Shown: piece after piece, positions 59,764 to 64,000 of the stretch
How positions within the stretch are numbered: position 1 is the stretch's first letter
How the letters are laid out: every line of letters starts with the position of its first letter
The notes under the pieces: model-generated
What the model was told of the DNA's origin: nothing
What the model saw: the letters and a program-made list of their open reading frames with translations, nothing else
Databases searched by the model: none
Assembly: GCA_002104945.1 (NCBI GenBank)
Contig: MCFH01000024.1
Span: 496,001 to 560,000, forward strand
Reading direction: 5' to 3'
Source of the DNA: Piromyces finnis finn
Taxonomy: Eukaryota; Fungi; Neocallimastigomycota
Length of the DNA: 64,000 nt
Position numbers and translations under genes: made by a program

Positions 59764-60128
59764 CCAAGCATCCATTGCGCAATGCTTGGATTTAATTCTT
59801 TCTACTCTCTCAGTACCATGAGCATGAGTAGACCCCCTTGATAAACTCCATTTATTAAATAAATGAAGGCACGTTCCTAAGAGGGCACCAAGCATCCATT
59901 GCGCAATGCTTGGATTTAATTCTTTCTACTCTCTCAGTACCATGAGCATGAGTAGACCCCCTTGAGAAATTACATTTATTAAATAAATGAAGGCACGTTC
60001 CCAAGAGGGTCATCCATTGCGCAATACTTGGATTTAATTCTTTCTACTCTCTCAGTACCATGAGCATGAGTAGACCCCCTTGAGAAACTACATTTATTAA
60101 ATAAATGAAGGCACGTTCCCAAGAGGGT
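59764..60128 (-). repeat. LINE 5' tandem monomers (124/124/118-bp class, 3 copies, plus a partial fourth hairpin at 59718-59732)
   Basis: The unit recurs at 59764, 59888 and ~60011 (the last with a 6-bp net deletion), with few substitutions. It contains the palindrome ATTGCGCAAT and several inverted repeats. Confidence 0.95.
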
Positions 60129-60816
60129 GGGACTTTTCTGAGATTTAAAAAGATATGTCTCTTTATTATTATAAAATTTTTATAAAAATTAAAAATCATT
60201 TAAATATTTTCTTTCAAATAGGCTACATATAAAGTTTGTATGTATTAAATGAACTTTTTTAATTAATAAATGATTTAAATAAAAGTATTGATATATTTAT
60301 TATCATTTGTATTACTTGTGTTATAAATTTAATGTTTTTTTTGGTAAATATAAGAATTCCAACACCTGAAAAATTCTTTGCATTCTATTCCAACAAGAAC
60401 TTTTTTTTTTTCTTGTTATTTCCCCTTCACCATTCATTTATATATTCTAGAATTTAGTATTTCACATACACAATAGTTATACATTAATAAAATTAAAAAG
60501 ATTAAAAAAAAGTTGTTTTTTTTTTTATTTATTTTTTATTTTTTTTTTATTAATTGCGATGAGTAGAATAAACCTTTCTTTTTTTCTTATAAAAAAATTA
60601 ATAGAAAGATTTATCGGTAAAGATTATTTTTTATACATTGATTAATTATTTCTAATTAAAAATAAAAATAGTTTATTACTAATATAATGATATGATTTTT
60701 CGTTTCGTTTCGATGTTTTTTTTTTTTTACAGAGTTGTCTTCTTTTTCCAAAGATTTATTGATGATAAGTTATTTTTGATATGACGATTTTATTAAATTT
60801 ACAAATTTCGATTCAC

Positions 60817-62583
60817 TTAGTTCTTGTTGTCAATGTTAAGGAATGGGAGATACTTCTTGATACGAGAAACAAGAGCATCTTCAGATAACTTGGCAATACT
60901 GTCTTCAATACCACGGTGAGATTCTTGGTAAAGATTCTTTAAGGAATCTTGAGCTGGTTCAGCTAAAGCACCAATAATTGGAGTGAAAATGGTAGAAAGA
61001 TCAAAACCTCTATTAAGAGTACCCTTGTCACTCATAACATTTCTGCAAGAGTTTTCAAGTGGAGCTTTAAGAGAACTTGGTAATTGTTCCCAGATAACTT
61101 TTTCAACCTTATTAACTTCATTGTGAATTAATTCACGGTTCTTTTGACGAAGAACACCTAAACCTTCATTAACCTTGTTAGAGAGAACACCAAAGATACC
61201 AAGAGCACGGTCATTGGATTCAATATCTCTGGAAGTTCCATTGTTAGAACCGAAAAGGGCACCAATGGAAGCAAGATCAAAACCACCATTACCAGCAATA
61301 TCCTTAACCTTAGTGTTAATGTTTAAGTAATTCTTAACAGCATTGATAACACCATCAGTAATAAGATCAGTAATACCGCTTTCAGCCTTTTCCATAAGAC
61401 CCTTGAAGGATTCAGAAATTAAAGGAGTAGCTGCATCACGTAAGTTGTTAGCGTCAATTCCAGAGTTAAGTAAGTTATTGATGTTGAAACCGTTAGTGTC
61501 AGTACCGTTAGCAATGTCAGAAATTTCGGTTTTAACAAAGTTACCAATGTCTTCAAGAATACCACGATCAGAAGCATTGTTATTGTTAATTCCACGACCT
61601 TGAGTTTGTTGATCTTGATAACCATTACCACCTTGTTGTTGTTGGCCTTGGTAACCATAACCTTGTTGTGATTGTTGTTGTTGACCTTGATAACCGTAAC
61701 CTTGTTGTGGTTGTTGTTGTTGTTGACCTTGGTAACCATAACCTTGTTGTTGTTGTTGACCTTGATATCCATAACCTTGTTGTTGTTGTTGACCTTGATA
61801 TCCATAACCTTGTTGTTGTTGTTGTTGACCTTGGTATCCATAACCTTGTTGTTGATTGTTATTGTAGTTATTGTTGTTGTTGTTGTTGTAGTTGTTATTG
61901 TTGTTGTAGTTGTTATTGTTGTTGTTGTTGTTGTAGTTGTTATTGTTGTTATTGTAGTTGTTTTGATTGCTAGAGTTATTGTTGTTATTAACACCAAGAA
62001 TAGAAGCAGCAATATTGAAAATCTTTTGACCATCGCCACCAGCTAAGTTTAATTGACCGTTTAATAACTTGGTAGTAATTTCAAAGATATCCTTAATAGC
62101 AGCAGCAATACCTTGAACAGTAACTTCTCTACATTTAGTAACTTCCTTTTGAACGACTTGACGTAAATCACCCTTAGTAGATTCTAAAAAGTAATCGACT
62201 AACTTTGCTAAAATTGGAATATCACCAATAGCACGGGTGTCATTACTCATTTCACCACCAACACTTTCAACTATATATAATATAAAAAAAACATTTCATA
62301 TATATATTGTTATTATTCTGATCATATAATAAAAAATAAATAAATAAAAATGACAATAAGCTTTAACTATGTTGAAACTTTATTCTAGAGAATATATTTT
62401 TTCTATTTTCTTTTCTTTTTATTTACTTTTTGAATTACACTATAGCAATTTGTACTGTTTTATTTTGTTATATTTTTATTCTGTATTATTACTATTTCTA
62501 TTATTTTCATTATTATTTTTCTTATTATTATTATTATTATGTCACATACCGGCAGCTTTAGCAATATCTTTAATAAAATCCAT
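60817..62583 (-). CDS. Unknown, probably highly expressed protein with a central N/Q/G/Y prion-like domain; 2 exons (62583-62550, 62270-60817)
   Basis: MDFIKDIAKAA|VESVGGEMSNDTRAIGD splices in frame at GT-AG. Strong codon bias (GGT, AAC, CAA). N/Y run, then six or so GYGYQGQQQQ repeats. Confidence 0.85.
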
Positions 62584-64000
62584 GATACTTTTTACAAGAT
62601 AATATTGATCTCAATAAATCAAAATTAGGTGTAAAGAAAAAAAAAAAAAAAAAAAAAAAGAAAATTTGTTCTCTTTATATAAATTAATTTTTTTTTAATA
62701 ATTGAACTTTATAAATTAATATAAATATGGTATTAGTAATATAAAAATTTTATAATTAAAACTGACTTTAATTTAACAAAAAAAATTTAATTATTATTTA
62801 TTATATAATTATTATGGATATAAAAATTAATTATAATATTTATAAAAAAATATATATATATTGGTATTATAAATTCTTTTTATTTTTATTATATATAATT
62901 TTATATTATTATTATCGATATTATTACTCTAATTATTATTTTAATCTTTATATTTTTTTATTTTCATTATATTAATTTTGGCTTTTAGCTTTTGGCTTTC
63001 TCTATAATAATTCTGGCAATAAAAAATAATACTTATCAAAATATAGTAAAAAAAAAAAAAAAAAAACTGTCTATGCCTCTTTTTATTATATTAAAATAAT
63101 TATTGATACATAAATTAAAATTATATTAATATAAATAATAATATTATTTTATATTTATAAATTTTTATTTGTTATAAATTGTTTATTTTATTTACAATAT
63201 ATATAGATAATATATATAAATCTAAATTATATATTCATTGTATCCAATAAATTATATTGAGGATATATTATTAATTGACATTGTAAACTATATTATAATA
63301 TATTTAGAATACACTTCAATATATATTATAAAATAATGAATGGCAAAAAAGGAAAAGTTCAAAAGTTTTATTGAAAAACAAGAAATTGGCAGGTATATTA
63401 TAATAATAAATAATAACTATTTCTTTTATAGATAAAAAGACAACTAAAATAGGTTAAGAGCAAGGCATTAAAAAACAATAAATAAATGATTAATAAAAAC
63501 TATATTATTAATAATCAACATTAGTTCTCTACATCTATTATTACTATAAATTAGTATTAACAAAAAATAATTCAATCCCTTTTTTTCTTTTACACCTTCT
63601 AGACTATAAGAATTTGTTTATAAAAAAAAAAAGTTAGTAATGTATTTTACGATAACAAATAAAAAATGATGCTATAAAATATTGAAAGAAATGAAAAAAG
63701 AAACATGAATGCAATAAAAAAATTAAAATGAAATTGAATAATTGTATATAGAGAAAAATGTTTACAAATTGATTATATGTTTTGTTACATATCCCTTTTT
63801 ATGATTACAATGTAATTATAATGATTATATAGAATAATTATTCCATAAAGAATTTTTTTTAAAAAAAAAAAAGAAGATTAATTAATTCCACTTTATATCA
63901 GCTATTAACCATTACATTAAAATTAATGAGCCATATTTCAAAAGTTAATTCACAACAATTTATTACAACAAAAAACTAAAAGATTAATAAAATTCAATTT

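Larger units (their letters stand above)
54293..60127 (-). mobile_element. Full-length non-LTR retrotransposon (LINE), ~5.8 kb, with poly(A) tail and 29-31 bp target-site duplication
   Basis: T42 run at 54292-54333. tgggacttttctgagatttaaaaagatatgt is present at both 54262-54292 and 60128-60158. There is a single long APE-RT ORF and 5' tandem monomers. Confidence 0.95.

Noticed and set aside
59764-60128. CRISPR-like array or RT-associated spacer array next to the reverse transcriptase
   Set aside because: These are whole-unit tandem duplications without variable spacers. They lie inside the TSD-bounded LINE as its 5' end.
59764-60128. Canonical hammerhead or HDV ribozyme in the monomers
   Set aside because: CUGAGAG...GAAA does not fit the CUGANGA-stem II-GAAA core, and no HDV L3/P1.1 pattern was found. 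It is kept only as a possible non-canonical structure.
61343-62046. Several overlapping ORFs (poly-V, poly-L, poly-T/N) around the prion-like gene
   Set aside because: They are alternative-frame or antisense readings of the NNY/GYQGQQ repeats.
63340-63470. Tiny spliced ORF MAKKEKFKSFIEKQEIGR near the window end
   Set aside because: The apparent GT-AG splice leads straight to a stop. It is too short to support as a gene.

Overview
Very AT-rich, intron-containing eukaryotic DNA. The composition and gene content are best explained by an anaerobic gut fungus (Neocallimastigomycota); this is an inference. The first ~37.4 kb is a core block of spliced genes: an orphan acidic protein, NMT1, a C5orf34/DUF4524-like gene, a short Tco89-like ORF, a Gfd2/YDR514C-type DEDD exonuclease, a large coiled-coil protein with an MPHOSPH9-like C-terminus, a Ser/Arg/His-rich orphan, TEL2 and PEX5. 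The rest (~38-63 kb) is accessory: a decayed GT17-like gene, a lineage-type multipass membrane protein, an intronless bacterial-type YwqG/DUF1963 gene, two decayed paralogues of a secreted protein, an orphan secreted protein, a small 4-TM protein, retroelements and a Q/N/G/Y prion-like-domain protein. The most notable structure is a full-length 5.8 kb single-ORF non-LTR retrotransposon (APE-RT-CCHC). It has a 42-nt poly(A) tail and a 29-31 bp target-site duplication, and it sits inside an older decayed copy of its own family. Its 5' end has three tandem, hairpin-rich ~120-bp monomers followed by a candidate 5'-UTR intron. A second, non-autonomous ~780-bp element (45.9-46.7 kb) repeats the layout: three tandem tRNA-like 110-bp monomers, a 15/16-identical splice-donor motif, a LINE-derived 3' segment and poly(A). 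All homology calls come from remembered motifs; no database searches were run.
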